Shown here: positions 1-13,838 of the stretch, piece after piece
Layout: every line of letters starts with the position of its first letter
How positions within the stretch are numbered: the first letter of the stretch is position 1
Made by a program: the position numbers and the translations under genes
Origin: Eledone cirrhosa
Lineage: Eukaryota
DNA length: 64,000 nt
Assembly (NCBI GenBank): GCA_964016885.1
Contig: OZ024755.1
Location: 15,624,001-15,688,000 of the forward strand
Direction: 5' to 3'
The notes under the pieces: generated by a model
Database searches by the model: none
Seen by the model: only the letters and a program-made list of their open reading frames with translations
Told to the model about the DNA's origin: nothing

Positions 1-1715
<1,715 letters not shown>

Positions 1716-3415
1716 TACACACACAGAAGAAGAGAGAGAGAAATTGATAGATAGGTGAAACACTTGAAGATTATATATATATATATATATATAATATTCA
1801 TTATCGTCCGTTTACTGTCTGTTTTATCCTTTCTCTATAAATATTTCTATCTTTTCACTCTCTTAATTTTGTCCTTTCTTTGGCATTTCACTATCTCTCT
1901 CTCACACTCACACAATTCCCTCTGTCATCATTCTCTCTTCCTCTACCTATCTCGCTTCCGAACTGCCTCTCTACCTCCTTTCTCTTCTTTACCCTCCCTC
2001 TTCTATGTCTGTAAGCTACGTGTGGCAGACATGTCCAATGCGGCACTAAATAGCAAGCACAATGCTCAATGGCCGAACAGCAGCGTCAACAACCCTCGTG
2101 TAAAGACCAACAGCACGGTATCCAGTAAATTATTGTAAAAGATTTTCTACTTCGAGCGAAAACAAATTCTTCCTTTTATAGTGATTTAATTTTTAACACG
2201 AAATCGAATGAATATTTGTATCGATTTTCAGTAAAATTTTATTACTAGTTACAACTGGAAGTATTGATTAGTTTTTAGCAACGAACAAGGAAAATATGTT
2301 GTACATTAATTGTTGGGTAGTTGTAAACAAGTTGATGCTTCTACAAATTAATGGGCAGTACCTATTTTTAATATCCAAAACAATTTCTGGAATAAAGAAA
2401 TGCAAATAAACGCGCGTGAATGTTAAAACCTTTTACGCTGTAACGAAGAAACGTATGAAAGTTCGACTTTTATAACAGTGGTCGTTTTTCGAGTAAAGGT
2501 GGAAAGAAAAAGCAAAGAATGTTCCGTAGAGACAATATTATGGTGTTATATAATCAGCATAGGGTGAAATTTATATGACGTTTAATAGTTGACTCAATAA
2601 TAACATCAGTAATAGGTAAAAAGAAATATATATATCGTTTGTATAAATATAAATATTAAATGTCGTGTGTGAAGCTAGAATTTTTCAATTTACTAAATGC
2701 CGAGGAAATATTTTTATAATCAGATGTAGGAAGCTCAGGCGCAGAAAATAACTGCAAATATAGTCAGGTACTATAAAATAGCTTATAAAAATCAGGTAGA
2801 GCCCCGAGAAACAGAAAGATTTTGCAGGTAGCTGTTCGAGATTCATCGCAGCATATCGTGGTTTCATTGGTGTTAAGCATCATAGAATACAAGCCAACCC
2901 GTCACAAAGCCAATGCTTAACTACTGCCAGTCCGTATTTCTATTTACCAGAATGGTCTGAAATAACTTATAAAAAAGTGTCTTGCGCAAGGAATTGAACC
3001 TATACATTTATGGCGGTAAGTTTCAATTGTAGGAAAATTTGTGTTATTTAAAATAAATCAAACGACTATATACAGGTTTGCTGCTGCTGTCACGAATCTC
3101 ACAAATACGACGTTTTTCTTTTCATTTTTTCTAATACATTTATTATTACTATGTATGTAGGGAGAGAGAGAGTGAGAGAGAGTTTTCTTTGGAATAAATA
3201 TGTTTAAACAAAATATTTAACAATTATGTACAATACTATCTTATATCCTCCAAAATTTTGAAACTATTTATCTAAAGCATACACAAAAATAGATTTCATA
3301 TAGAGATTTAGCTATCAAGATTGTGATTGTAGATTTCCTTTTATTCGTGTCATAAATATTCAACTAAAACCATTATGTTACAAACAAACTACAAAAATGG
3401 TGTATATTATAGAAA

Positions 3416-3622
3416 CTGTTTCTGATTTAGACAAGGCCAATAATTTGGAGGGAGGAGATAGTCGATTAAATCGACCGCGGTGCGTTACTGGTACTTTGTT
3501 TTATCGACCCTGTAAAGACGAAGGGCAAAGCTAACCTCGGCAGGATTCGAACGCAGAACCTAAAGAGACGTAACTATATGACACAAAGTACGTTGTCCGA
3601 CGCTCTACCAATACTTCGCCCT
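3416..3622 (-). mobile_element. tRNA-derived SINE family 1, long subfamily
   Basis: Minus strand has a tRNA-like head with B-box GTTCGAATCC, a body containing GGTCGATAAAACAAAGTACCAGT and the palindrome GTCGATTTAATCGAC. More than 10 homologous copies occur in the window. Confidence 0.88.
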
Positions 3623-5084
3623 AGTTATAACGATCATGAAAGTTCTTCTCCCATTATTTCGGAGAGTGTTTGTGAGGGCAGATTTCTCAGACACGCCTAC
3701 CTGAGAGTCCTATCGGAAGTAACCGTTAACAAATGATCCAGCTAGATTCCCAAGCAAGGCAAGCCTACGTCATGTATGTTATCCAACCAACTTTATCATG
3801 ATCTACCTCTGAAGGTCTCTTGCCGGTTGCCTTTGCTCATAAACTTTGTCCTGTGATTTTAATTAACAATTTAATGAATGTTATCTCTCAATCAAATATC
3901 TTCTTGCGTTCCGTGCCTCACGACTTATACGTGACGCTCTAAATTATGAATGTCGCTGTAGAATACAGTGCCAATAAATTTGTTTCTGGCATTATAATTT
4001 GCTGTTGCTGATTGTCAGAGCTTCTATTGTTTGCATAACCAACTTCATTCAAAAGACTTGTTGTGCAATACTTTGTCTTGGAATCCATACATCAAGTGAA
4101 ACATAAGACGTATAACCATGTTCTAACAGTTTTTGCCTTTATTTATTTCTAATAACTATTTGGCAAAGCGAATGCTATCATATTCCAGGGAATCTCGACG
4201 ATCTAAGTGGTTTCCTTTCGAATGTTTGTTTTTGTCAAATTGTTTAACCAACCGGTCGTTATTAAAATGAAATTACCTCTACGAACAGCATGGTTCTTAT
4301 TACAAGGGCTCGTTCCTGTTGTGGCATACTTGTATTGAAATCCATATCACCTTCCTCATTAGCATATGAATGAAAATATGTGCACATGTTAAAAATAATA
4401 TCTTAAGACATTGCAATCAGCTTTGTCTGTTTTTTGTTTAGTTTGGTTTAGGTGTTAGATTGTGAACTTTGCACTTTCAGTATTTTATGTCATATTTAGT
4501 GACGAAAATCTCATTTCAGTCTCACGTCATTCTTGTTACCATGGGTATCATAACAACGGGCGCAAACAGCTAAATTAAACGAATCCCTGAGTTGCTCTTC
4601 ATACCTAATCGAAGACACAGACCCCTTGAATGTTATGTAATATCTATCATGGAAATACGTATAGCAGCGATTGTGTAAGGAATAAATGAGAAATTCTAAA
4701 GTGTTGACTTCTACTTCATTATTAAACCTATAATCAAGAATAGCCAAATCTACATGTATACTTCGTCGAGTACATCACCAGCGCATCCTTGGCCTTCACC
4801 TGCCAATTGTCTCACATAGGCTCAATCAAAGTAGTGTATCCCCAACGAAATGTTGGTGATTAGGTGTGACGAAGTTTCCATTTAGGAAATGTTAAAACAC
4901 GACGGCATATATGCATACTTGCAGAACGACACCCCATAATTGTATGAGCCTCTGATGATGTCACATGGAAACTTAATGATATAACCATTGCATAATCATG
5001 TCTTTGAAATATATATAATGTAATAAAACAACCCTGTCTTAATATTCCATATATATTATATATATTATAGGGAAAGGGAGAGAA

Positions 5085-5502
5085 AAGGAGAGAGACCGAG
5101 AGAGAAAGGGAGAGAGACCGAGAGAGAAAGGGAGAGAGACCGAGAGAGAAAGGGAGAGAGACCGAGAGAGAAGGGGAGAGAGACCGAGAGAGAAGGGGAG
5201 AGAGACCGAGAGAGAAAGAGAGAAAGAGAGAGAAAGAGAAAGAGTTAGAAAGAGAGAGAGAGAAAGAGAAAGAGAGAAAGAGAGAGAGAGAGAGAGAGAC
5301 CGAGAGAGAGAGAGAGACCGAGCGAGAGAGAGAGAGAGACCGAGAGAGAGAGACCGAGAGAGAGGAAGACCGAGAGAGAGAGAGACCGAGAGAGAGAGAG
5401 ACCGAGAGAGAGAGAGACCTAGAGAGAGGGAGACCGAGAGAGAGGGAGACCGAGAGAGAGAGAGAGACCGAGAGAGAGAGAGAGACCGAGAAAGAGAGAG
5501 AG
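5085..5502 (+). repeat. Purine-rich (GA)n minisatellite punctuated by GACC
   Basis: Tandem GAGAGACCGAGAGAGAAAGG-like units grading into (GA)nCC. Confidence 0.92.
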
Positions 5503-6549
5503 ACAAAAGTGGTGAGCATAGCTTAAAATAGGTATAGACAGTTAATAGAAATGTTAAGAGGAAATGCCAGTAAGAAGAATGGGAAGAGGTGGGTATCAAT
5601 GAAAACAAAGGGAGAGAAATGGTGCGAAATACGTTGAAGTAGATCTGACTGAAGAGTGACGCAAATACAAAGAGATGTGTGCCGGATGAAAGAGAAGAAA
5701 CAGATGATTAAAAATGAAAGAAATAATTGTGTTCAGGTAGAATTAAAAGAAAATTGAGAAAGGAAAGCGTTAGTTGACAGGCGAAACAAAGGATGTAAGA
5801 TATAAAAGGAGTGTGTGTGGTAATGATTACGGTATCGTCTGTTAATGAGAAGGATTGGAGGAGGGGGGTACATTTATCATCAGCATAAATATAGATATCG
5901 GCCTCACTATCATCAAATAAGAAAGAAGGAAACAAAGATAGATATGGCGGAGAAGAGGAAGGATAAAAGAAAGAATGAATGAAAGAAAAACGTGTGAAAG
6001 AAATATATAACAAGTGAAAGAAAGAATGATCGACGATTGAATGATCAAGCTAAAGAAGTATGGAAAGACAGAAAGAGAAAACGAAAGAAAGAACGAATGG
6101 GAGAGGGAAAGAAAGGAAGAAAGAAAAACGAAAAAGAAAGTATAAGAAAGACTTAAAAAGAAAAATGAAAGAAGCAACGAATAAAAAAAACGCGAATAAT
6201 ATTCGGAAGAACTAAAAACGAGGGACGGAAGAATGCGAATGAATGCGGAAGAATGTATGAGATACATAGCAACGTGAATATGGCGAGGTTGAAGAGTCGG
6301 CGAAAAATGTGTTGAAGAAGTTGTTCGTATGTAACAATGGACAGCTCCCGATCAAATAGATAGCCTTGCCTGCCTGCCGTTCAGACAACACACTGTAGAG
6401 ATGAATGCTTCTCAGTTAAAAGCTAGGTTGCCTTTGAATAATATGTTGTTCAAATATAATGTAATACACATACATCTTACAATACCGCTATTACATTCTC
6501 CATGTCTTGAATGTTTTCTTTTATATATAAGTATTCTCTTTACTCTCTC

Positions 6550-6590
<41 letters not shown>

Positions 6591-6612
6591 TGTGTGTATG
6601 TATGTGTATGTA

Positions 6613-6665
<53 letters not shown>

Positions 6666-8519
6666 CTCCTCTATTGTTGAGCTGCCTATATATTTATATA
6701 TGTGTGTGTGTACTTATATATATAAAAATAAATAAATAAATATATATATATATATATATATTCACACTTATTGATATAGACACGTTACGATTTTTTAAAT
6801 ATTAAGTTAACTTAGAGTTAGATGTATCTGCGTGTATTTCGCTCTTCCAACCTCTCATTCATACTCATGTGTGTGTGTGTGTGTGTGTGTGGTCTTTCAC
6901 TCTCTCCTTCATTCTTATCTCACTCTTTATCTTTCCTCTATTACCCTTCCCAATTTCTCCAATTTTCTTCCTACTATCTTCTGTCTAATTATTGTCTATC
7001 GAACGCCTCCATTCTTTTTATCATCCTCACAATTTTTTGCACACATTTCTGTCGTTTCTTCGTCGATTTTCCTATTCCCCTATTCATTTGCTCAGTATTC
7101 GCTACCCATCTCTCTTTATCTCGCTCCTTTTCAACGTCCCTCATAATTACATACTAGTTCTGTATCGCTCATCACACCTTTTCTATCTCTCTCAACTATT
7201 TTATCTATTTTATCAATTATCTAAAACACACACACTCTCCCTATCGCCATCTCTAATTCCTAACTGTCGTTGTATTTACTCTAGTCTATCACTTTCATGT
7301 GTCGGCTGGTTTCCGGCTAAATTATATGTATTGTTGGTTGTGTAATAGTTATGACAACAGATGATGAAAACAGATTAGAGAAAATCTTTCTCTAGGGCGA
7401 GATGTGACCTCATTTTGATTGTACGATATAGATTTTATACCTTAATATAGTCGCTAATGAAGAATAATATGGACGTCAAACAAATCTCATATTACCCCTC
7501 CATAAATATGCCTGTAAAATAACTAATGTAAAATAAAAGTCAACATTTAGGGCCTTTACGTTAATATCTATGTCGTGGACACTGACGGGTTTTCTGTTTA
7601 AGGAGTTCGCTTCTCAATATGAAGTCTGCCGTTCGATCCTATCGTTTGGCATCTTGGTGTCTTTTATCAGGGCTTCGGGTCAATCTAAGCTTTGGGAGTT
7701 AAATTTGATAAAGATATCAAATTTACCTCTTATTGAAAGGTCAAACGTTGATTCTGTCTGAGTAAAACCGTAAGAGTATCCGTGTCTGAGATTTACTCAA
7801 CCACTTACACGCCACGCTAACTCATGAGTCTGACGACAATGTTCATTGTTTCAACTGACGGAGGTTCCATCATTATCATACTCAACGTCGTACTGATCAT
7901 GTGAAAGGATGTTTCAGTTGAAACAACCAGTAGAAATTACTTGAGAAAACAATGACATCTGTACAAAATAGTAACTAGTCATAGATGTTTCTTTCAGTTA
8001 ACATTTCAATGTGAGGTAGATGATGACAGCGGAAATATATGTTCGCTCAAATATTGAAGTAAATAGTTACACAACAAAAGTATAAAAGAAATCAGTATCA
8101 ACAATATCGTTTCATCAATTTTGTTTTGTTGAATGAGCAACACAGTTGGAATTAGGGAGGGTGGTGATCATAACCTTTTCTATGGTGCGATCCAAGTAGT
8201 GTTGGTGGTAGTGGTAGCGGTTGTAGTGTATGCAATTTATTCTCAGACAGAACATTTTGCTTGCATACTTCATTAAAAGCACCCAAGTGTGGACTAGTGG
8301 AGATAAACGGGGCAGAATGGTGATTTGACTCTAAGGCACAAAGTAACTACCTTAAAATCATTAATTTAAAATCATTAATTTAAAGTCTTTTAAAGATTTG
8401 CTAAGTAAAACTAATACACAGCACTCATTCGATATGAGATTACGGATTAATTTGTCGGCAAATGTACTTGGAATATTCTATGTTAAGTTAAAGTCTGTTC
8501 AAACCCAAAAGTTCGTGAC

Positions 8520-8776
8520 GCCGGTGCTTATCATCAGTCTCCTTGGCGTTAAAAGAGTACAATATTCTCCCTGGAGAGGACCCCGATCTATCGCAGGATT
8601 AACTCACCAGCTAATGCTGGAATTCACTCAGCTGAGTATACAGAAGTATGCTGAGTATACAGAGTATATGTGAAATAAAGTATTTTGCTCAAGATAACGC
8701 AGCACCTTGTCCAGGAATCTCACCGACGACATTACGAGTGTATGTCAAGCATTCTAAACTTTAGGTCATGGGGACT
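8520..8776 (-). mobile_element. tRNA-derived SINE family 3, decayed, with a V-domain-like motif
   Basis: Minus strand has TCTTGAGCAAAATACTT and CCTGCGATAGATCGGGGTCCTCTCCAGGG, similar to the V-SINE-type central motif. A related fragment lies at 51935-52046. Confidence 0.55.
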
Positions 8777-8810
8777 CACTATATTACATGATCAATGTAT
8801 TATATATATT

Positions 8811-9003
8811 GGTTTCTGACTTAGGCAGAGGGAAAAGTCGATTAAATTGACTTTAGTGTATCACTGGTTCTTAATATTATAGACCCCGTAAGGATGAAAG
8901 GCAAAGCTAACCTCGGCAAGATTTGAACTCAGATCGTAAAAGGCCGTAACTATACCATAAAGCATGTTGTCCGACGCTCCACCGACAGCCAATCCATCGC
9001 CCT
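8811..9003 (-). mobile_element. SINE family 1, long subfamily
   Basis: GACCCCGTAAGGATGAAAGGCAAAGCTAACCTCGGCAAGATTTGAACTC matches the other copies. Confidence 0.88.
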
Positions 9004-9812
9004 AGTATATTATATATATTGCCACGAGATCTATGTCTGAAAAGTAGAGCTATATTCGATGACATCCATCCAGTCAGTATATTACAAATATATAATTTCG
9101 TAACCCTAGAGTACTAAAAAGCAACAATATATCAATCAATATTTTAACTGTGTATATAGAAAACTAAATTATATGTATGTACAATTTATTATATGCAACG
9201 TTTGAATGTTACTAGTGTTCACTACTAGATAAGTAACTATAATGTCATCAGATATTATTGAGTGATAGATTGTAATGAAACATATGTCTTGGGACTATAT
9301 CTATATGTATATGCATGCAATTGCGTGTATTCTCTGGTGAATTCACATCATTTATTTCCAAAGTATAATGATAAAATAATAAATATTTATTTATCTTTAC
9401 TATATAGATAATATTAATTGATTAGCCTTTTGTAATAAGTATCAATCAATCATCGGTATTGATTATATGAGTAGAGGAGAAAGGAGAAAACGAGCGGGTA
9501 TAGAGCACAACGACTATGCTGCTCCTCAATATATTATGGTTGAATGTGATATGAAGGTACCATAGGCAAGAATCTGAAAAGACACAACTAGCTAGTCGTT
9601 TCATTATTATTGTACTCACAAACATATATCTTACAAGAATTGTAAATTCACATACTAGAATATATATATAAAAGGAAATGAGAAAAAAAAAGGGGGGGGG
9701 GCTCGGAAAGCGCACCTGGTATATATTTAAAAAAGATCTTTATAACATGTACAAAAATGTTCCTTTATATAACGTGATCTGTATAGAATGTTTTCTAACA
9801 TCCACACTTTTT

Positions 9813-9863
<51 letters not shown>

Positions 9864-10230
9864 ATCGCCCCTAGGCGAGACAACAAGTACAACCTCATGT
9901 CAACAGTCTGTTTCCCCATCAAGGGGATTCTAGGTCATCCTTGCCATTTCAGTATCTCTTGCTATGGTACCCTGGTATCTAGAGGAGATCTCCCACAAGA
10001 GGTCTGAAACTATCTCATTTGTTGCGCTGAAGAACTGACCAGCAAACCAAAGGTTTGCTAGAGTATAGACTAACTTTTGCAGAACATCATCATCTAAAAA
10101 GGAAAGGAGCCCAACGTCAGATCAGGACCAAACTAGGTTTGCATTCGTTTGCACATTATAAAGTGGTCAAAGCTCCAAACATAAAGGGGCGGAATTTGAA
10201 CCTAGCATGGATTAGATACTGCGATTCTTT

Positions 10231-10411
10231 AATAATGGTTTTAGATTAAAGCACAAAGCCAACAATTTTGGAGGAGTGGAATGTCGATTAAATCGATCCC
10301 AGTGCGTTACTGGTACTTTATTTTATCGATCCATGTAAGGATGAAAAGCAAATCTACTCTCGGTGGGATTCAAACTTAGGACGTAAAGAGCCGTAACTAT
10401 ATACCACGAAG
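10231..10411 (-). mobile_element. SINE family 1, long subfamily, head truncated
   Basis: Core GTCGATTAAATCGATCCCAGTGCGTTACTGGTACTTTATTTTATCGA. Confidence 0.85.
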
Positions 10412-11474
10412 AGATTCTTTAATACTGAAGCCAATTCTAGTCCACACAACTAAAACAAATGAGTAACAGCAGCAACTATGGGTTACATCTCTGGTAGACT
10501 GTCGAGGGGTTTGTTCGCCTATGACGAAACTGGTTTCCAGTTGTATTGTGTCAGTCTTTTCCCTTCCATTGATATCTTTTGGCGTGTAGAGGGGAGACTA
10601 ATACAGATGTACGACTATTAGTGTTCCACAACACATTGTTCAAGCATGTGCCATGGAGGATAACTTTCCAGGTTGAAACCTATAACCATTTACAACCAGT
10701 GTGTGCCTAACCATCTCCTATAATTGTGTTAATGCTATCGTATATGTTATTTAACATACATAGACCTTTACTCTGATTCATTCAAAGAATTTACATTTGA
10801 TACATTTATTTATTTATATAAATTTTTTATATCATAAATATTTGTTCTTCTAACTTTCGCATATCTTTTTTTTCCATTTTAATATCATTTTCGTTGTTTT
10901 TATATTCAACATATTTTTCATTGTATTTTACTGTATGTTAGCATATTTTATATCAGCATAATCGTTTCTTTCCCGTTTCTCTTTTCAGTGATATATTTTC
11001 ATGTATTTAATCTTATCACTGTTTTTATTTGGTTTATATATATATATAATTTTTATTATTTTTATATTCTCCTCTTTATCATGGAAGTAATTTTCCGTTT
11101 TAAAATTACTTTCTTATCACTAGATTACCAATTCATTCTAAAATTGCCTTCAAACGTCTGCCCATTTACATCTGTCTTGATATCATTATGTGTGTGAAGT
11201 ATGTATGCTTGTATATGAATGTGTGAGCGTTTATATATATGCAAATATATCAATATGTGTGTACATATATATATATAAGTATGTGCATTATATATATTTC
11301 TTTTCCAATTAAATTTAGTCATTTATAACTTGGTTTACAAGGAGGTCGTATTCACCCCGAGGAAGGACCATGAGTTTTATATATATGTTGTATATACATA
11401 TTTGTTAGTATAGTGTGTTATTTCATTTGATATCGTCTGACTTACTATCACCTAATATAGGCTTATATACACAC

Positions 11475-11523
<49 letters not shown>

Positions 11524-11525
11524 TA

Positions 11526-11588
11526 TCGATAAAATAAAGTACCAGTAATGTACTGGGTAATTGCTGGCCTTGTGCCAAAAGTAGAAAC

Positions 11589-11593
<5 letters not shown>
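11526..11593 (+). mobile_element. SINE family 1, short subfamily, 3' fragment
   Basis: TCGATAAAATAAAGTACCAGTAATGTACTGGG...GGCCTTGTGCCAAAAGTAGAAACAATT between (TA)n tracts. Confidence 0.85.
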
Positions 11594-11623
<30 letters not shown>

Positions 11624-11709
11624 CATACACACAAATGTGTATGTTTTGCAAGATTCTTGATGTGAAATTGTGTGTTGAAACATTGGCAAAATTGGCAACA
11701 TGGTTATCG

Positions 11710-11740
<31 letters not shown>

Positions 11741-11744
<4 letters not shown>

Positions 11745-11912
11745 TGTTTCTACATTTGGCACAAGGCCAGCAATTAGTACATTACTGGTACTTTATTTTA
11801 TCGACCCCGTAAGGATGAAAGGCAAAGTTAACCTCGGCGGGATTTGAACTCAGATCATAAAGGGCCATAACTCTATGCTGCAAAGTATGGCATCCCACCC
11901 TTTACCGATACT
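11741..11912 (-). mobile_element. SINE family 1, short subfamily
   Basis: Homologous to 17429-17622; B-box GAGTTCAAATCCC on the minus strand. Confidence 0.88.
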
Positions 11913-12539
11913 AGTCATACTCTACTACCCCAAGGATCGAGTTTTCTGTTGAGTAGTGTTCTAACCAGTTTCAAACTGATTCTATTCTGATTTATATACA
12001 CATGCTAGTAGATTTATATATATATATACACATGCTAGTGATTTATATATATATATATATATATACACATGCTAGTAGACTTTCCGTGAAAACAGAGTGT
12101 ATAGGTGATGGTAATAACTGTAACAGTAGTAGTAGTAGGTAGTCAGAAGGGAGAAAACTATGTAAGCTCTTCCTAAATGCACATGGATTTCTTTTGTCTT
12201 AAATCGAAGACGATGCTTATAATGTGATGTTAGTGTATAACATGTGATAAAACGCATTATGTAGTAATATATCATATACATATAATAATGTGGAACTCTA
12301 TAGAGAGAAGACAGGCTTACTAATGGTATAATGCATGATACAATTAACATTATGTAACTACGATATGTATAGAATACACTTATATGATATTTAATGGAAG
12401 AGAACAATACATTATGATGTTCAAAGGACGACGTTGTTGATTTATACATTATCGTCTCCATTGCAAATGTAAGAGAAATGGTGAGGTTTCGATTAGCTGA
12501 AAATCTATCTCTTCACAGCGATATATATATATATATATC

Positions 12540-12789
12540 AGAAAAAAGAGAATCAGTGTTGCGACGAAAGGAATTTATTGGACATATTACAATTGTTTCT
12601 CGGGCGATCAGCTCGAGGCACGATCGATGTGGTGATCAAACCTGACTCTGAAATAGCGCGGTCCTTGGATACGTCTCGATTTCTACGAAACAGATAGGAA
12701 AATCTGTGATATCATACTCTGCTCTATGAGTGCATCGAGTACTCATACGGCCTATCGCATACGGACGCTTTAAGCATCCAACACCAATT
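12540..12789. mobile_element. Fold-back HHR element family C, copy 1 (Penelope-pLTR/retrozyme-like)
   Basis: Flanked by (TA)n. The minus-strand arm (~12540-12690) carries a degenerate HHR and the plus-strand tail contains GAGTACTCAT. Both parts are homologous to 42721-43027. Confidence 0.6.
12581..12675 (-). ncRNA. Degenerate type I hammerhead ribozyme with long stem II
   Basis: Minus strand: GACGUAU (stem I) - CCAAGGA (mutated CUGANGA) - ~60 nt stem II - GAAAC AAUU GUA - AUAUGUC (stem I'). Confidence 0.55.
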
Positions 12790-12893
12790 ATATATATATA
12801 TATTATGTATTTCCGTAGAAAAGGTAAAGGAAAGAAGAGTGCTCTATGTATAGAACAGAGTTATCTAATTATATAATAAACGACACAATATAA

Positions 12894-12963
12894 TTATTCC
12901 ATTACCTAAGGTTTCATGAAACTAGACAATTCTAACGTCCATTTCGCTCATCAGATGAAATAA
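12894..12963 (-). ncRNA. Type I hammerhead ribozyme, canonical core
   Basis: Minus strand: UUAUUUCAU - CUGAUGA - GCGAAAUGGAC...GUCUAGUUUCAU - GAAAC CUUAG GUA - AUGGAAUAA. Stem I has 9 bp and stem III (ACCUUAGGU) is near-palindromic. Confidence 0.78.
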
Positions 12964-12988
12964 ATAAATGTGTGTGTGCGCGTGCGTG

Positions 12989-13491
12989 TGTAAAAGAAAT
13001 CAAAGAACGCCTACATACTCATACAATGTTTATTCGCTGGCAATGTTTCATCCATACCGTGGGGCAGGAATCATCAGAGCTTTATAAAGAAAAATATAGT
13101 GCTAAGTATAAGCTCTACCAAGCTTAGTCACACGAACATTAGGTATACAGTACAGGATAATAAGAGAGATTGGAAATAGAAAGGATGGAGAGAATGCGTA
13201 ATGGGGTTGTTATTCAACATTACGGCTACATATGAAGATATAGGCAGATTTTCTCTCAAGAGACGGAGGCACGTGAGGGCACACAGAAACAAATACAGGA
13301 TTTAAAGATAGTTAAAAAATATAATAATAATAATAAAGTAAAAGAAAAATAATAATATAAAAAAGGGTAAATAAATAATTTTAAAATTAAAGCACAAAAG
13401 CAACAGAGGAAGTTATGCATTAGTCACTATATATAACAGGTGATTTAGTTTCCCCATGACTTGGAGTTATAGAAATACTACGAGACCCCTA

Positions 13492-13494
<3 letters not shown>
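12989..13494 (-). mobile_element. HHR element family A, copy 1
   Basis: 12989-13380 aligns with 47500-47880 (AAAAGAAATCAAAGAACGCCTACATACTCATACAAT...). Abuts (TA)n at its right end. Confidence 0.75.
13030..13088 (-). ncRNA. Minimal type I hammerhead ribozyme, cleavage triplet mutated (GUC to GCC)
   Basis: Minus strand: GCU CUGAUGA UUCCUGCCCCACGGUAUGGAU GAAAC AUU GCC AGC. Confidence 0.7.
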
Positions 13495-13531
<37 letters not shown>

Positions 13532-13794
13532 AAGATTCAGCGAGAATCGCTTTCGGCGGGCAGGAAAAGCGAAGCGAAACGCAAAAATCAGGAATGATAC
13601 TAGCAAAGTGCTCAATAGTTAAAAACCAGAGCTAAACAATGTGTTAAGAAGCCATACAAAACTGAAAAGGTGGTCAAGAAGGCATTAACCACCCAAGCCA
13701 AAAACCAAATTAAGCTAAACAGGTCAAAACAAAATAAATGATAAAAAATAAATGATAACCAGACCTGATATAAATGATAAAAAATAAATGATAG

Positions 13795-13838
<44 letters not shown>

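Noticed and set aside
4952-4985. CTGATGA...GAAAC motif; other isolated CTGANGA hits near 5648, 10027, 17117, 20184 and 21295
   Set aside because: No compatible stem I, stem III and NUH triplet; such hits are expected by chance.
3700-5040. Higher-complexity stretch that might be a decayed transposase or exon
   Set aside because: No recognisable motif and many stops in the frames I inspected; needs BLASTx.
4860-5608. Ser/Leu-rich ORFs
   Set aside because: Translation of the (GA)n minisatellite.
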